This document shows positions 50,735-62,465 of a stretch of 64,000 nt of DNA, one piece after another. The notes under the pieces were generated by a model, which had not been told where the DNA came from, did not search any database, and was given only the letters and a program-made list of their open reading frames with translations. The number at the start of each line of letters is the position of its first letter. Position 1 is the first letter of the stretch. A program made the translations under genes and the position numbers. Source of the stretch: Tolypothrix carrinoi HA7290-LM1 (GTDB taxonomy: Bacteria; Cyanobacteriota; Cyanobacteriia; Cyanobacteriales; Nostocaceae); NCBI GenBank assembly GCA_019358935.1, contig JAHHIK010000006.1, positions 1 through 64,000 on the forward strand, read 5' to 3'.

Positions 50735-52501
50735 ATGCAAATGGATTGGATTAGCTTACTGAAAGCTCAACAAGCTGACTTTCTTCAACGTGTGAAAAAA
50801 CCAAAGACTTATGACTTATCTTTGCTAGAGAGTCAAGTCAAAGGTTGTCACAGTGAAATTATGGCATTTTGGGGCGAATCATTGGCAAAATTGCTCAGTT
50901 TTGCTCGCTTCCAAGCCGAAATTCTCGCCAAAAATCCCCCACCGACACCACCGGAATATCCCGAACCCCCTGATTGGGTGATTCCCTTTCCCAAATATTT
51001 TCAGCAGCAAGCGGAAGATTATCTTTTGCGAGAACAAATCGTTCAGCGGGTGATAACTGAACGCTTGGGTAAGCTAGTTAAAAAAGTGCCACAAGACAGC
51101 TTGAAAAATATGGCATTAGATGAAGAGGGAAATTTACGCGGTGAAAGTAAATTCGCTTACTCGTTAGTAGATAATCCTGATGTTAGTATTCAAGTTTACG
51201 CTGCTGATGGAGAAAGCTTTAATGGCATCAAAAAAGACAAAATCAGGTGGACTGTTACTCAAGAAGATATACAGAATCATCAAGTATTGATTTTTCTCTG
51301 TTTGTTTTATCCGTTTACTGGTCAATTAGGCTACGAAAAGCAAGCGGTAATTACAGGTTTTTTGCCGTCAAATCAAATTCAATTTAGTGAGCCAAAAGTT
51401 AATGTAATTCCGAGTAACTTGTTATATGCAGGTGGGTTAAGTTGGTATTTAGAATCACTAATTGCCAAAAAAGATGCACCGCTAGGAGTTGATGAAATTG
51501 CGATCGCCGAAACGATTCAGACTTTATCAGCAGATCATCCCCTAAAAAACATTGTCGGTGATTGGGAATGCTGGCAGACTTTGACAGGACATTGTAGAGG
51601 CATTAATTGCCTTGCTTTCAGTCCAGGAGGGAAAAACGGCAATTTCCCGCCAATCTTGGCAAGCGGAAGTCGGGGAGAGACGAAGCTTTGGGACTTGACA
51701 AAAGGTGAGTTAATTGGTACTCTCTCAGAATACCAATGGAGTGTCTCCGGGGTAGTGGATGAAGTAAATTCCCTGACATTTAGTCCGGATGGACAAACGT
51801 TGGTGAGTGGTGGTGCAGACTCGACAATAAAGATTTGGCATTCGGGTGCTGTAGATTTGATAGATATTCTCCACAAGCACAATGGAATGGTGCGCTGTGT
51901 AGCTTTTACCCCAGATGGACGGATGTTAGCAACTGGGGGAGATGACAGAAAGATTTTGTTTTGGGATTTGATGCATCGACAGGTAGCGATCGCTCTTTCA
52001 TTAGATGATACCGCTGCTCATTCCCTCGCTTTTAGCCCAGATGGACAAACTTTAGTTACAGGTAGCTACCGTAAAATCAAAGTTTGGGATTTGTCATGTC
52101 AAGGTAAAGTAGCAACTTTCAACACCGAACCTTTGCACATCCTGATGGGACATTCTCACATAGTTCGTTCCCTGGCGGTGAGTAGAGATGATAATATTCT
52201 GGTGAGTGGAAGTCGAGATAAGACGATTAAGATTTGGGATTTAGAGACAGGGGAATTGCTTCGTACCCTTAAAGGACATCGAGATGGAGTTGATGCGATC
52301 GCTCTTAGTCCCGATGGAGAAATTATCGCTAGTGGTAGTTCAGATAAAACTATCAAATTGTGGCATCTACAGACAGGGGAACTGCTAGGTACTTTTAGAG
52401 GACATACCGACACAGTAACAGCTTTAGCGTTTACAGCTTCCGGGGAAATGTTGGTAAGTGGCAGCTTAGATAAAACAATTAAAATTTGGCAACGCAGTTA
52501 G
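50735..52501 (+). CDS. WD40-repeat protein with an uncharacterised N-terminal region
   Basis: About seven GH...SPDG..L.SGS.DKTIK.WD repeats. Confidence 0.9.
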   Translation: MQMDWISLLKAQQADFLQRVKKPKTYDLSLLESQVKGCHSEIMAFWGESLAKLLSFARFQAEILAKNPPPTPPEYPEPPDWVIPFPKYFQQQAEDYLLREQIVQRVITERLGKLVKKVPQDSLKNMALDEEGNLRGESKFAYSLVDNPDVSIQVYAADGESFNGIKKDKIRWTVTQEDIQNHQVLIFLCLFYPFTGQLGYEKQAVITGFLPSNQIQFSEPKVNVIPSNLLYAGGLSWYLESLIAKKDAPLGVDEIAIAETIQTLSADHPLKNIVGDWECWQTLTGHCRGINCLAFSPGGKNGNFPPILASGSRGETKLWDLTKGELIGTLSEYQWSVSGVVDEVNSLTFSPDGQTLVSGGADSTIKIWHSGAVDLIDILHKHNGMVRCVAFTPDGRMLATGGDDRKILFWDLMHRQVAIALSLDDTAAHSLAFSPDGQTLVTGSYRKIKVWDLSCQGKVATFNTEPLHILMGHSHIVRSLAVSRDDNILVSGSRDKTIKIWDLETGELLRTLKGHRDGVDAIALSPDGEIIASGSSDKTIKLWHLQTGELLGTFRGHTDTVTALAFTASGEMLVSGSLDKTIKIWQRS

Positions 52502-52563
52502 CACTTGTAGTGACGCAATTCATTGCGTCTCTACCAAAAGAGCGGAGGAAGAAAACTTAGAAC

Positions 52564-52971
52564 TGGATTAATCACTCTTTGAGGTGGATTAATCACTCTT
52601 TGAGGTGGATGAATCACTCTTTGAGGTGGATGAATCACTCTTTGAGGTGGATGAATCACTCTTTGAGGTGGATGAATCACTCTTTGAGGTAGATGAATCA
52701 GTATCAAAGACTCTTTAATCACTCTTTGAGGTGGATGAATCACTCTTTGAGGTGGATTAATGAGTATCAGAACCTCATTAATGAGTATCAGAACCTCATT
52801 AATGAGTATCAGAACTCCATTAATGAGTATCAGAACCTCATTAATGAGTATCAGAACCTCTTTAATGAGTATCAGAACCTCTTTAATGAGTATCAGAACC
52901 TCATTAATGAGTATCAGAACCTCATTAATGAGTATCAGAACCTCATTAATGAGTATCAGAACCTCATTAAT
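52564..52971. repeat. 21-bp tandem array with two unit types, 19 full units
   Basis: A = TGGAT(T/G)AATCACTCTTTGAGG, B = CTC(A/T)TTAATGAGTATCAGAAC, plus hybrid units in unbroken register; no spacers. Confidence 0.95.
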
Positions 52972-53145
52972 CTCAAATTTGTCTTAAACTCACATTTTAC
53001 ATCTCGCCGCCCACAAGCTACAAAATCCTTAAATTTATATAGTCAGCCTTCTCGGACTTTGTTTGTGTAATCGCGAATTTTATTCACCAAAGCTAATCTA
53101 GTTAAAAAGATTGTCTATGTAAAACTTTAGCAGTAAAACTAACTT

Positions 53146-53707
53146 ATGACAGTAGCCAGTAAACCTCAGCTGACATTAGACGAGTTCCTACAACTGCCAG
53201 AAACAAAGCCAGCATCAGAATTTCTCAATGGAGAAATTATTCAAAAGCCAATGCCTCAAGGTGAACATAGCTTACTTCAGACTACTATGAGCGAAGTAAT
53301 TAATAAAGTAGCCAAAAGCAAAAAAATTGCTTATGCATTCCCAGAATTACGCAGCACATTCGGAGGTAGTTCCATCGTCCCTGACGTGTCTGTGTTTCGT
53401 TGGGCAAGAATTCCCTTAACTTCATCAGGGAGAATTGCAAACCGCTTTTATCTTACTCCCGATTGGGCAATTGAAATTCTTTCTCCAGACCAAAGACAAA
53501 CAAAAGTGTTGAGTAACTTGTTGCATTGCTGCCGCAACGGTACTGAGCAAGTCGGGGTTAATATATCCAGAAGATGAAAGTATCCTAGCTGTGTTTCCCG
53601 GTCAGCAAGTCGAAATCTATACAGGTGCTTCTGGGTTGCCTATACTCAATGGTATCGAATTAGAACTGACAGTTGAAGAGATTTTTAGCTGGTTGACTCT
53701 GAGTTAG
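53146..53707 (+). pseudogene. Uma2-family endonuclease, frameshifted
   Basis: LPETKPASE, AFPELR, VPDVSV, PDWAIEILSP. After ~53550 the expected tail (LIYPEDESILAVFPGQ...EEIFSWLTLS*) continues in another frame. Confidence 0.82.
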
Positions 53708-53915
53708 GACTTACGCATTACTCGTAGTAAGCGCTGTATAAGCTTATTTTAAGCACTTTAGTGCTTACTACGGCGCTTACTGCGAGTTTACATTTATGTT
53801 TTTTGTGCGATCGCGTAAGCAAATAAAAATATCCAGTAGGGTGCGTTACTGATAACGCACCCTACAATTAATGATTTAGGTTAATAATTTTATCAATGAG
53901 ATAGAGAAATAGTCT

Positions 53916-56900
53916 ATGGCGATGATATTCTCAAACTGGTGGAAAAATATTCAGGGGTTGAACTGGGCACAAGGGGCGGAGGTTACAAAAACTGGCGCAG
54001 AAGCCGCTAAAGTCGTCTTTGACCTAGCCAAAGCCATCAACGAGCAAAAATCGAAGGCAGAAGACCTTAAGCCCTACATCGCTCAAATATCGTCGCTATT
54101 AGATGTCATCAACGCACCACTCGGACAAATTGCTGGTTCAGTAATTCCCTTCGCACCCATCGCAATTACAACACTAAAGCTGATTGCTGACGCGACCAAA
54201 AAAGAGCCAAGTCCAGAAAGCTGTGTAATATTGGTTAGTCAGGTTGCTTATCTAGAAAGCTTAAAAGCAATTCTTAAAGAAGATTCGCAATTACAACAGC
54301 AAATTAATCAACAAAGCGCAGTTTCGGAAACTTTAGCTCGACAAATTAAGAAACTGGGTGAGCAAGAATTTGAGGAACGAGAAGCGAAAAAAGCTATTCT
54401 CTACTTCCACGAATCGAAATTAGCAGAAGCATTTAATCAAGTTTTACAGCAACGTTTGCAAGAAGCGGGTTTAATCGAGAAAGACGCAAAAACTGTAACC
54501 GAAAGAGTTGCGCGAAAAACCGATGAATATATGCTGACGGCATTGCTAAAAGTCGGCGATAAAGTCAAGCAACTAGTGCTATGGTATGGCACGGGAGGAA
54601 AAGAGCAACTAGAGAAATATCTGAGTATTGATGATTATTTAGAACAGGAAATTCAACCAAAGCCCGAAGAAAATATTTTTGATGAGACTTGTATCACCTT
54701 TCGGGATTTATATGTACAGTTGCAAGTTAAAGAACTGGATAATCAAAGCGATGTAAGTCTTGAACTGGAGGGTCTGGTTAAGTTAATGCTTTATAATCCA
54801 GATGTGAATAAACAGAAACAAGTTTTATTTATTCAAGGTGAAGCTGGACGCGGTAAAAGTGTCTTTTGTCGGATGTTTGCCGATTGGGTGCGGCAGAACT
54901 TGCATCCCAGTTTTACACCGATTTTGATTCGCTTGCGGGATGTGCGCGTACTCAAAGATAACTTAACTGAGACTTTAGAAAACTATTTAGAAAACGTTGA
55001 TTTTATTCAAAATGATTCCGGCTGGCTGACGGATAAAAACACCCGCTTTCTATTTTTCCTAGATGGCTTCGACGAACTATTATTAGAAGGACGAGCTAAC
55101 GGCTTAAAGGAATTTTTGGAACAGGTAGAGAAGTTTCAAAAAGATAGCTTTTGCCATCATCAATTTTTGGTTACAGGTCGTCCTTTAGCGCTGCAAGGAA
55201 TTGACCGCTTGCTCTCCCAAACCAAAAGCTTGAAGCGGGTCGAACTTCAGCCAATGAATGATTTAATTCGGCAAACATGGCTGAAGAAGTGGGCAGCTAA
55301 AGTTGGGACGCAAGAGGCAATTGATTTTCAGCAATTTTTGCAAGCTTGTCCTAATGAAATCAACGATAACTTAGCACGAGAACCTTTACTGCTTTATTTA
55401 CTCGCACGAATGCACCGAGAGCAACGTCTGAATGTGCAAATGTTTGAGGGTGCAGAAGGTATCAAAGCAAAAATCCGCATTTATAATGAATCGGTGAAAT
55501 GGGTATTAGAAGAACAGCGTAAAAGTGAAAATAAAAATGATAACTTGCGCTTGACGGAATTAGAAAGCGAAGATTTGCGTCAATTTATGACAGAAGCTGC
55601 TTTGTGTGTGGTGCAGTCGGGAAATGAATCTGCAAAAGTGACGATGTTAGAAACACGACTCAAAGTTAGCAATAGCCCAGCAGCAAAGTTAATTCCGCAA
55701 GCCAGAGAGAATTCTCAGGAAAATAAGAAGCTACTCAATAATTTGTTAACCGCATTTTACATCAAAGCAGCTTCAGGTGATAAAGATGGTTCCGTGGAGT
55801 TTGTCCACAAGAGTTTTAGTGAGTTTTTATTCGCAGAACGGTTAATAGAAAGCTTTATAGATTGGACAACGAAAGTAAGCAAGCGTCACCGTGAAGAAAA
55901 TTCAGTTTCCACAGAGGTGATGGATAGGGAAATTTACGATTTATTCGGCTATGGGAATTTAACCCCGGAAATTGTCGAATATTTAATGGGGTTGTTTGCC
56001 GAGACTTCTGAATTTCAAGATGTAGAACGCTTGTGTAAACTGTTTGAACGATTAGAGCATTTCTACTTGCGTTGGTGCGATGGGGAATTTATTGATGCGG
56101 AAGATGCAAATTTGCCGCAGATGAAGAAAAAGCAATTAAGGGAGCAATTACCAGACAGAGAAAATCACTTGGGTTTGCGACAAGTGGATGTTTGTGCAGG
56201 GTTGAATGTGATGATTTTGCTTTTAGAGTTGCATCGCTATGCTCAAAGAAAAGATGATCTGAAAGAGAAAATCAGCTTTCACCCCTGCGGTAAACTTAGT
56301 ACTGGTGAACTTGACCGACGACGCTTGCTTCGTATTATCGGCTATAGTCACTGTTTGGGCGTTTATGCCTTTCGCAAAAACTTGGGATTATTTCTCAGCC
56401 GTGCCGACCTCAGCCATGCCAACCTCAGCCGTGCCGACCTCAGCGATGCCAATCTCAGCGATGCCAACCTCAGCGATGCCAACCTCAGCGATGCCAACCT
56501 CAGCGATGCCAACCTCAGCGATGCCAACCTCAGCGATGCCAACCTCAGCGGTGCTAACCTCAGCTTTGCTAACCTCAGCTTTGCCAACCTCAGCGGTGCT
56601 AACCTCAGCTTTGCCTACCTCAGCGGTGCCAACCTCAGCGGTGCCAACCTGAGCTTTGCCAACCTCAGCCTTGCCAACCTCAGCGATGCCAACCTCAGCG
56701 GTGCCAACCTCAGCCTTGCCAACCTCAGCCGTGCCAACCTGAGCTTTGCCAACCTCAGCTTTGCCAACCTCAGCCGTGCCAACCTGAGCTTTGCCAACCT
56801 CAGCCGTGCCAACCTCAGCCGTGCCAACCTCAGCCGTGCCGACCTGAAAGCAGTTGTATGGAACAGTGACACAAAATGGCTCTGTGCTAAAGGGCTGCAT

Positions 56901-57371
56901 GAAGCAGTAAACGTATCTACATTAATGCAAAACCCAGCTTTTGCAGCGGCTGTTTCCTTAAGTCAGGGTATCAGTTTGGTAAAAGAGGGCAAGGTTAAAG
57001 AAGCACAAAACGCTTTCAAGCAAGCTCTCAGCTACGACCCTAGTTTAAATGACTCTGCCGAATATTGGCATAGCATCTGCTCGGTTGGCAGCGTACATGG
57101 TCATGCGAAAGGTGTTCTCCGCTACTGTGAAAAAGCTGTTACTCTAGACCCTGATAATAAAGGCTATCAAGACAGTCGAGGGCTGGCTAGAGTACTTACA
57201 GGCGACTTAGTAGGGGCATTAGAAGACTTTCGGGCTGCTGTTGACAGTGGCGCACTTGATTACTCAGAGGATGTGAAGCAGCGCCGGCTACGCTGGATAA
57301 AAGCACTTGAGTTAGGAAATAATCCCCTCACACCAGAGGAATTAGAGGAACTGCGACAAACTGAAGCCTAG
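53916..57371 (+). CDS. NACHT (STAND) NTPase with pentapeptide repeats and C-terminal TPR
   Basis: Walker A GEAGRGKS, Walker [27 protein letters not shown]; ANLSx repeats (15-bp units, ~56393-56845); TPR-like tail. Confidence 0.9.
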   Translation: MAMIFSNWWKNIQGLNWAQGAEVTKTGAEAAKVVFDLAKAINEQKSKAEDLKPYIAQISSLLDVINAPLGQIAGSVIPFAPIAITTLKLIADATKKEPSPESCVILVSQVAYLESLKAILKEDSQLQQQINQQSAVSETLARQIKKLGEQEFEEREAKKAILYFHESKLAEAFNQVLQQRLQEAGLIEKDAKTVTERVARKTDEYMLTALLKVGDKVKQLVLWYGTGGKEQLEKYLSIDDYLEQEIQPKPEENIFDETCITFRDLYVQLQVKELDNQSDVSLELEGLVKLMLYNPDVNKQKQVLFIQGEAGRGKSVFCRMFADWVRQNLHPSFTPILIRLRDVRVLKDNLTETLENYLENVDFIQNDSGWLTDKNTRFLFFLDGFDELLLEGRANGLKEFLEQVEKFQKDSFCHHQFLVTGRPLALQGIDRLLSQTKSLKRVELQPMNDLIRQTWLKKWAAKVGTQEAIDFQQFLQACPNEINDNLAREPLLLYLLARMHREQRLNVQMFEGAEGIKAKIRIYNESVKWVLEEQRKSENKNDNLRLTELESEDLRQFMTEAALCVVQSGNESAKVTMLETRLKVSNSPAAKLIPQARENSQENKKLLNNLLTAFYIKAASGDKDGSVEFVHKSFSEFLFAERLIESFIDWTTKVSKRHREENSVSTEVMDREIYDLFGYGNLTPEIVEYLMGLFAETSEFQDVERLCKLFERLEHFYLRWCDGEFIDAEDANLPQMKKKQLREQLPDRENHLGLRQVDVCAGLNVMILLLELHRYAQRKDDLKEKISFHPCGKLSTGELDRRRLLRIIGYSHCLGVYAFRKNLGLFLSRADLSHANLSRADLSDANLSDANLSDANLSDANLSDANLSDANLSDANLSGANLSFANLSFANLSGANLSFAYLSGANLSGANLSFANLSLANLSDANLSGANLSLANLSRANLSFANLSFANLSRANLSFANLSRANLSRANLSRADLKAVVWNSDTKWLCAKGLHEAVNVSTLMQNPAFAAAVSLSQGISLVKEGKVKEAQNAFKQALSYDPSLNDSAEYWHSICSVGSVHGHAKGVLRYCEKAVTLDPDNKGYQDSRGLARVLTGDLVGALEDFRAAVDSGALDYSEDVKQRRLRWIKALELGNNPLTPEELEELRQTEA

Positions 57372-57527
57372 GTTGTAAATACAGGGTAATATTTAACGAA
57401 GACTCTGCGATCCTCCGCGCTTACCTTTGCGTCCCTCTGCGTTTAAAAAGGATTTGTGATTTTCCATCCACAGGGAAACGCAATCCGCCAGTTAAAATCA
57501 AGATAGCTTCCATCCGTGAGGTCGATT

Positions 57528-58325
57528 ATGCGATCGCCATTTCCAGGAATGAACCCCTACCTGGAGCAACCTATTTTCTGGTCAGAGTTTCACAGCCGTT
57601 TGATCGTAGCGATCGCTGATGCTCTTGCCCCAAAGTTGCTACCCAAATACTACATTGGCGTGGAGACGCGCACTTATCTAGACACTGCTGATGAAGAGCT
57701 ATTAATCGGAATTCCAGATGCGGTTGTCCTTTCATCAATAAGCAGGCAGCCCTCTGACCAAATTAGCTCAAAAGAAACTACTCAAGTTGCTGTCTACGCT
57801 CGTCCTCAACAAATCACTTTGCCCATGCCAGTAGAAGTCAAAGAGCGATACCTGGAAGTGAGGGAAACTAAAACAGATGCTGTAATTACAGTCATTGAAA
57901 TTTTATCACCTAAAAATAAACGCAAAGGCAAGGGGCGCTCTATTTACGAACAGAAGCGTCATTCGATTTTAGGAAGTATGTCTCATTTAGTTGAAATAGA
58001 CTTGCTTCGAGCAGATGAACCAATGGCAATGAAAGGGGTTGATTCCATAACTGACTATCGAATTGTAGTCAGTCAGCATGAGCGGCGCCCCATAGCAGAT
58101 TTATATGCTTTTACAATGCGTGAGGCAATTCCTGAGTTTTTACTACCCCTCAAAGAACCTCAAGAAGTAACAACTGTAAATTTACAATCTATCGTTAGTG
58201 GTATTTATGAGCGAGGCGGTTACGCTATCCGCATTGACTACCAACAAGCAGTTCCTCCCCCAGCACTATCACAAGGCGATCGGCGATGGGTTGAGGAACT
58301 ACTTGCTTCGCGGTGTCAAAATTGA
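57528..58325 (+). CDS. DUF4058-family protein
   Basis: SPFPGMNPYLE, IEILSPKNK, HLVEIDLLR. Confidence 0.85.
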   Translation: MRSPFPGMNPYLEQPIFWSEFHSRLIVAIADALAPKLLPKYYIGVETRTYLDTADEELLIGIPDAVVLSSISRQPSDQISSKETTQVAVYARPQQITLPMPVEVKERYLEVRETKTDAVITVIEILSPKNKRKGKGRSIYEQKRHSILGSMSHLVEIDLLRADEPMAMKGVDSITDYRIVVSQHERRPIADLYAFTMREAIPEFLLPLKEPQEVTTVNLQSIVSGIYERGGYAIRIDYQQAVPPPALSQGDRRWVEELLASRCQN

Positions 58326-58550
58326 GCCTCACACCCTGAAGGGTGCGGCTATACTAACAAAGTCCGCCTACGCGGACTTAATATCTAAAAGCCTGCGGAG
58401 GCAGGCTTTGTTCGTAGAGCCAGCGGCTTCTAGCCTGCGGGCATTTACCGATTATCGCCGCAACTCTATTGAGGATGAAAAAAAGCGATCGCCCACCAAA
58501 TAAGCGATCGCTTTTATTTATGACAGCACTCTTCGTGCTGACTACGAATT

Positions 58551-60488
58551 TTAATTCAACACATATTGCATCAAAGGCTTATCTTCCGACACCTTCCCAG
58601 ATCGCAACCATTCATTAAGTTCGCTCGGTGCTTTCGCTCTTGCAAGTCTTTCCCGCAATTCTACACCTTCGAGAACTTCGTGTTGCAGCAATTCCTCTGC
58701 GGTTTCTTCTAACAAGTCGCGGTTATCTTGTAAAATGGTTAAAGCAATGTGGTGTGCATTATCCACAATCTGCTTCATCTCGCGGTCAATTTCCTCAGCC
58801 ACTTTCGGACTAATCGAGCGACGCGGATTGCTGTAACCTTCGATAAACTGTTGTTGCGTCTTCTCAAAAGCCAGAGGACCGAGTTTATCACTCATCCCGT
58901 AGACAGTAACGTAACGTTCTGCCATATCTGTGGCTTTCTGGATGTCGTCACCCGCACCTGTGGAAACTTTACCAAACACGACTTCTTCAGCAGAACGTCC
59001 ACCCAACAAAGTGGCAATCCGTCCGCGAATTTCGTCTTCAACCATCAAGAAGCGGTCTTCTTCCGGCATTTGAATTGTATAACCCAAAGCACCTACACCA
59101 CGCGGCACAATCGAGATTTTCTCAACTTTACCAGCTCCGGGCATTAATGCACCGATGATGGCGTGACCAACTTCGTGATAAGCTACAGTCTTCTTCTCAG
59201 TTTCATTGAGTACGCGCGATCGCTTTTCTAAACCGGCAATCAACCGCTCGATCGCTTCGTTGAAATCTGCCATAATCACAGCTTCCCGATTTTGACGCGC
59301 TGCTAATAATGCGGCTTCATTTACCAAGTTCGCTAAATCTGCCCCAGCAAAGCCAGGTGTGCGGATAGCAATAGTAGCTAAGTTGACATCCTCAGCTAAT
59401 TTGACGTTTCTCGCATGAACATTGAGAATCGCTTCCCGACCAATTTTATCAGGACGGTCTACGACAACTTGGCGGTCAAAGCGTCCCGGACGACGCAAAG
59501 CTGGATCTAACACTTCTGGACGGTTGGTAGCAGCGATGATAATTACACCTGTGTTGGCATCAAAGCCGTCCATTTCTGTGAGTAACTGGTTCAGGGTTTG
59601 TTCGCGTTCATCGTTACCACCGACGAATCCACCAGCACCACCGCGAGATTTACCGAGTGCGTCTAACTCGTCGATAAAAACGATACAAGGTGCTTGTTTT
59701 TTCGCTTGTTCAAACAAATCGCGCACCCGTGCAGCACCGACACCAACGAATAATTCGATAAACTCGGAACCGGAGATACTGAAGAAAGGAACACCAGCTT
59801 CTCCTGCGATCGCCTTGGCTAACATTGTCTTACCCGTTCCTGGAGGTCCCACCAGCAACGCACCTTTAGGTATTTTCGCACCTAAGCGGGTATATTTGTC
59901 AGCATTTTTCAGAAAATCAACAATCTCTTCTAGCTCGACTTTAGCTTCATCGACACCAGCCACATCTGTAAATTTGACACCAGTGCTGCCATCAGAAGAA
60001 ATCCGCGCTTTGCTTTTACCTACCGTCAGTGCAGCCGCACCACCTCCCTGACGATTGAGGAAAAAGCCCCAAATAGCAATAAAAATTAACGGGGGAACTA
60101 CCCAACTAATTAAAGTACCAATCCAAGCATTTTGATCTGGTTGTGGTGCAGCAAATTGTACATTATGCTCGCGAAGAATCTTCGGTAAATCCAGATCGTA
60201 AGCTACTGGTGTAGTTTGGAATATTTGGGAAGCTGGCTTACCATCTGGGGTTTGCGTCGGAATTGAATATTCAATGCGCGAGCTTCCAATAATTGCCTTA
60301 TCTACTTTACCAGCTTCCACAGCCGTAATAAAATCACTATAAGCAACTTGTGGCGATCGCGTACTGTTGAAGCTAGGAACAATAAAGTTAAGCAATAACA
60401 GAATAGTCAGCAGAATCAGGAAACTGCCGCCAAACTGCCTAACTCTCGGCGGTTTGATGGGGCTTTTGTTATTTTTTTCTACAGGCAT
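58551..60488 (-). CDS. ftsH: ATP-dependent zinc metalloprotease FtsH (FtsH4-like)
   Basis: [29 protein letters not shown]. The real start is MPVEK; the ORF-track extension is STRR. Confidence 0.96.
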   Translation of the reverse strand: MPVEKNNKSPIKPPRVRQFGGSFLILLTILLLLNFIVPSFNSTRSPQVAYSDFITAVEAGKVDKAIIGSSRIEYSIPTQTPDGKPASQIFQTTPVAYDLDLPKILREHNVQFAAPQPDQNAWIGTLISWVVPPLIFIAIWGFFLNRQGGGAAALTVGKSKARISSDGSTGVKFTDVAGVDEAKVELEEIVDFLKNADKYTRLGAKIPKGALLVGPPGTGKTMLAKAIAGEAGVPFFSISGSEFIELFVGVGAARVRDLFEQAKKQAPCIVFIDELDALGKSRGGAGGFVGGNDEREQTLNQLLTEMDGFDANTGVIIIAATNRPEVLDPALRRPGRFDRQVVVDRPDKIGREAILNVHARNVKLAEDVNLATIAIRTPGFAGADLANLVNEAALLAARQNREAVIMADFNEAIERLIAGLEKRSRVLNETEKKTVAYHEVGHAIIGALMPGAGKVEKISIVPRGVGALGYTIQMPEEDRFLMVEDEIRGRIATLLGGRSAEEVVFGKVSTGAGDDIQKATDMAERYVTVYGMSDKLGPLAFEKTQQQFIEGYSNPRRSISPKVAEEIDREMKQIVDNAHHIALTILQDNRDLLEETAEELLQHEVLEGVELRERLARAKAPSELNEWLRSGKVSEDKPLMQYVLN

Positions 60489-60750
60489 TTTTTTGATGTA
60501 CCCTCTGAATTTTGGGGGAATGGGCAATGGGCATGGGGCATGGGGCAATGGGCATGGAAAGAATCGTATTAAAACGCGCATGACTTTCTTAAACTTCTTT
60601 AATTGTCAATGCCCATTGCCCATTGCCCATTGCCCTTTCCCCTCTTTTGAAATGTAAAGCTTTGTAACTATAGGTTTATTGTAGAGACTGGGACATGCAG
60701 CCTTATTTAGTGTCAACCCCACTCAAAAATGCGTATAGCCGTACTAGATT

Positions 60751-60936
60751 ATGGAAAATCAAACTGGATTTGTGGTGAAAGTGTTTGTAGTGTCGGCTTT
60801 GCTGTCGTTGCTGATTAGATATATCGGTCCGAGTATTGGGATTGGGGGGACGACAACCAACGTATTAATTATGGTTTTGTCACCGAGTTTGATTATGGCG
60901 ATCGCATTATTGTCGCGACTCCCCAGTAAGGGATAG
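60751..60936 (+). CDS. Small two-TM hypothetical protein
   Basis: 61-aa hydrophobic ORF with ATG start. Confidence 0.6.
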   Translation: MENQTGFVVKVFVVSALLSLLIRYIGPSIGIGGTTTNVLIMVLSPSLIMAIALLSRLPSKG

Positions 60937-61120
60937 GGGGAGGGGGGGATGGGGGGACAAGGAGGACAAGGAGGACAAGGAAGACAAGGAAGACAAGGGG
61001 GAGTAATAACTCCTAACTCTTAACTCCTAACTCCTAACTCCTAACTCCTAACTCTTAACTCTTAACTCCTAACTCCTAACTCTTAACTCCCCACTCCCCA
61101 CTCCCCACTCCCCACTCCCC
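60935..61120. repeat. 9-mer and heptamer STRR arrays (GGAGGACAA, TAACTCC, CACTCCC)
   Basis: Directly visible. Confidence 0.88.
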
Positions 61121-61204
61121 AGATACAAGCGGAAATTGCAAAAATCGGCTAATCTAACTGCATTAAAAGCAAAACGCATCCCGCCAACAGTTCGGAGACA
61201 GCCT

Positions 61205-62335
61205 GTGAATTTAGGTCAATGGATCGGCTTAATCGCCCTCGTTATCTCTTTATACATATTGTGGCAGATAAAGGAAGTACTTTTACTGATGTTTGCCGCG
61301 ATTGTATTAGCCACCACCTTAAATCGGCTGGCGAAACGCTTGCAGCGCATGGGGATGGCACGGGGACTTGCCGTTATTTTATCGGTGGGGATTTTTCTTG
61401 CCGTCGTCGTAGGCTTTTTCTGGCTGATTGTACCGCCTTTTACACAGCAGTTCCAAGAACTAACATATCGGGTTCCCCAAGGGTTTCAACGGTTCAATAC
61501 TTGGCTCGATCAAGCAGAAACTCGCATTCCAACTCAACTGACACCATATATACCTGATGTAAATAGTTTAATTCAACAAGCGCAACCTTTCATAAATCGC
61601 GCTTTGGGAAGTTCTTTTACGTTTGTTTCTGGCACTTTAGAAGTAGTTTTGAAAATTTTGCTGGTGTTAGTTTTAACAGGAATGTTTTTAGCCGATCCCG
61701 CAGCTTACCGCAAAGTATTTATACGGCTGTTTCCCTCATTTTATCGGCGACGGGTAGATGGTATTTTAGATAAATGTGAACTCTCATTAGGGGGATGGGT
61801 AGTAGGCGCTTTGATTGCGATGAGTGTAGTGGGATTGTTAAGTGTAACTGGCTTATCAATTTTAGGTGTGAAAGCAGCGCTAGCTTTAGGAGTGTTGGCG
61901 GGATTTTTGAACTTGATTCCCAACCTGGGTCCAACGATGAGTGTAATTCCGGCAATGGCGATCGCGCTTTTAGATGCACCTTGGAAATCTCTTGTTGTCT
62001 TCGCTCTCTACTTTATTATTCAGCAAATAGAAAGTAATTTCCTCACCCCGATTGTCATGGCACGTCAGGTGTCATTGCTTCCCGCAGTCACCTTAATTTC
62101 TCAACTTTTCTTTGTCACATTCTTTGGCTTTTTAGGATTATTCTTAGCGTTACCCTTAACCGTTGTCGCTAAAATTTGGGTGCAAGAAGTCTTAATTAAA
62201 GATGTTTTAGATCAATGGGGAAATAAATCTAACAGAGAAACAGAATTAGTCCTTGTTTCTGACCAGCGTTCTCTAGATGCTAACCAAACAATTGAAACAC
62301 ATCCGTCAGAAAATCCCCAGAAAGAAGATAAATGA
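61205..62335 (+). CDS. AI-2E family transporter
   Basis: NLIPNLGP, IQQIESNFLTP, FGFLGLFLALPL. Confidence 0.9.
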   Translation: MNLGQWIGLIALVISLYILWQIKEVLLLMFAAIVLATTLNRLAKRLQRMGMARGLAVILSVGIFLAVVVGFFWLIVPPFTQQFQELTYRVPQGFQRFNTWLDQAETRIPTQLTPYIPDVNSLIQQAQPFINRALGSSFTFVSGTLEVVLKILLVLVLTGMFLADPAAYRKVFIRLFPSFYRRRVDGILDKCELSLGGWVVGALIAMSVVGLLSVTGLSILGVKAALALGVLAGFLNLIPNLGPTMSVIPAMAIALLDAPWKSLVVFALYFIIQQIESNFLTPIVMARQVSLLPAVTLISQLFFVTFFGFLGLFLALPLTVVAKIWVQEVLIKDVLDQWGNKSNRETELVLVSDQRSLDANQTIETHPSENPQKEDK

Positions 62336-62465
62336 AGTGTTGATAATTTGTAGGAGCGTAGTTAGTGTGAGCGTCGATAACTATTGGCTGTTGACCATCA
62401 ATCAACAACGCTCCAACTAACTACTAACTACTAACTACTAACTACTAACTACTAACTACTAACAT

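Noticed and set aside
52564..52971. CRISPR array
   Set aside because: Units are contiguous with no unique spacers, and no cas genes are present in the window.
56305..56900. Alternative-frame and antisense ORFs (MPTSA, LRLAS, AEVGT repeats)
   Set aside because: Shadow frames of the 15-bp pentapeptide repeat.
47006..57371. Diversity-generating retroelement among the TPR/pentapeptide repeats
   Set aside because: No reverse transcriptase is present, and no repeat pair differs specifically at adenines.
59422..60051. Long antisense ORFs over ftsH (similarly over pntA, pntB, sbcC and ycf46)
   Set aside because: They overlap well-supported genes and have no recognisable motifs.
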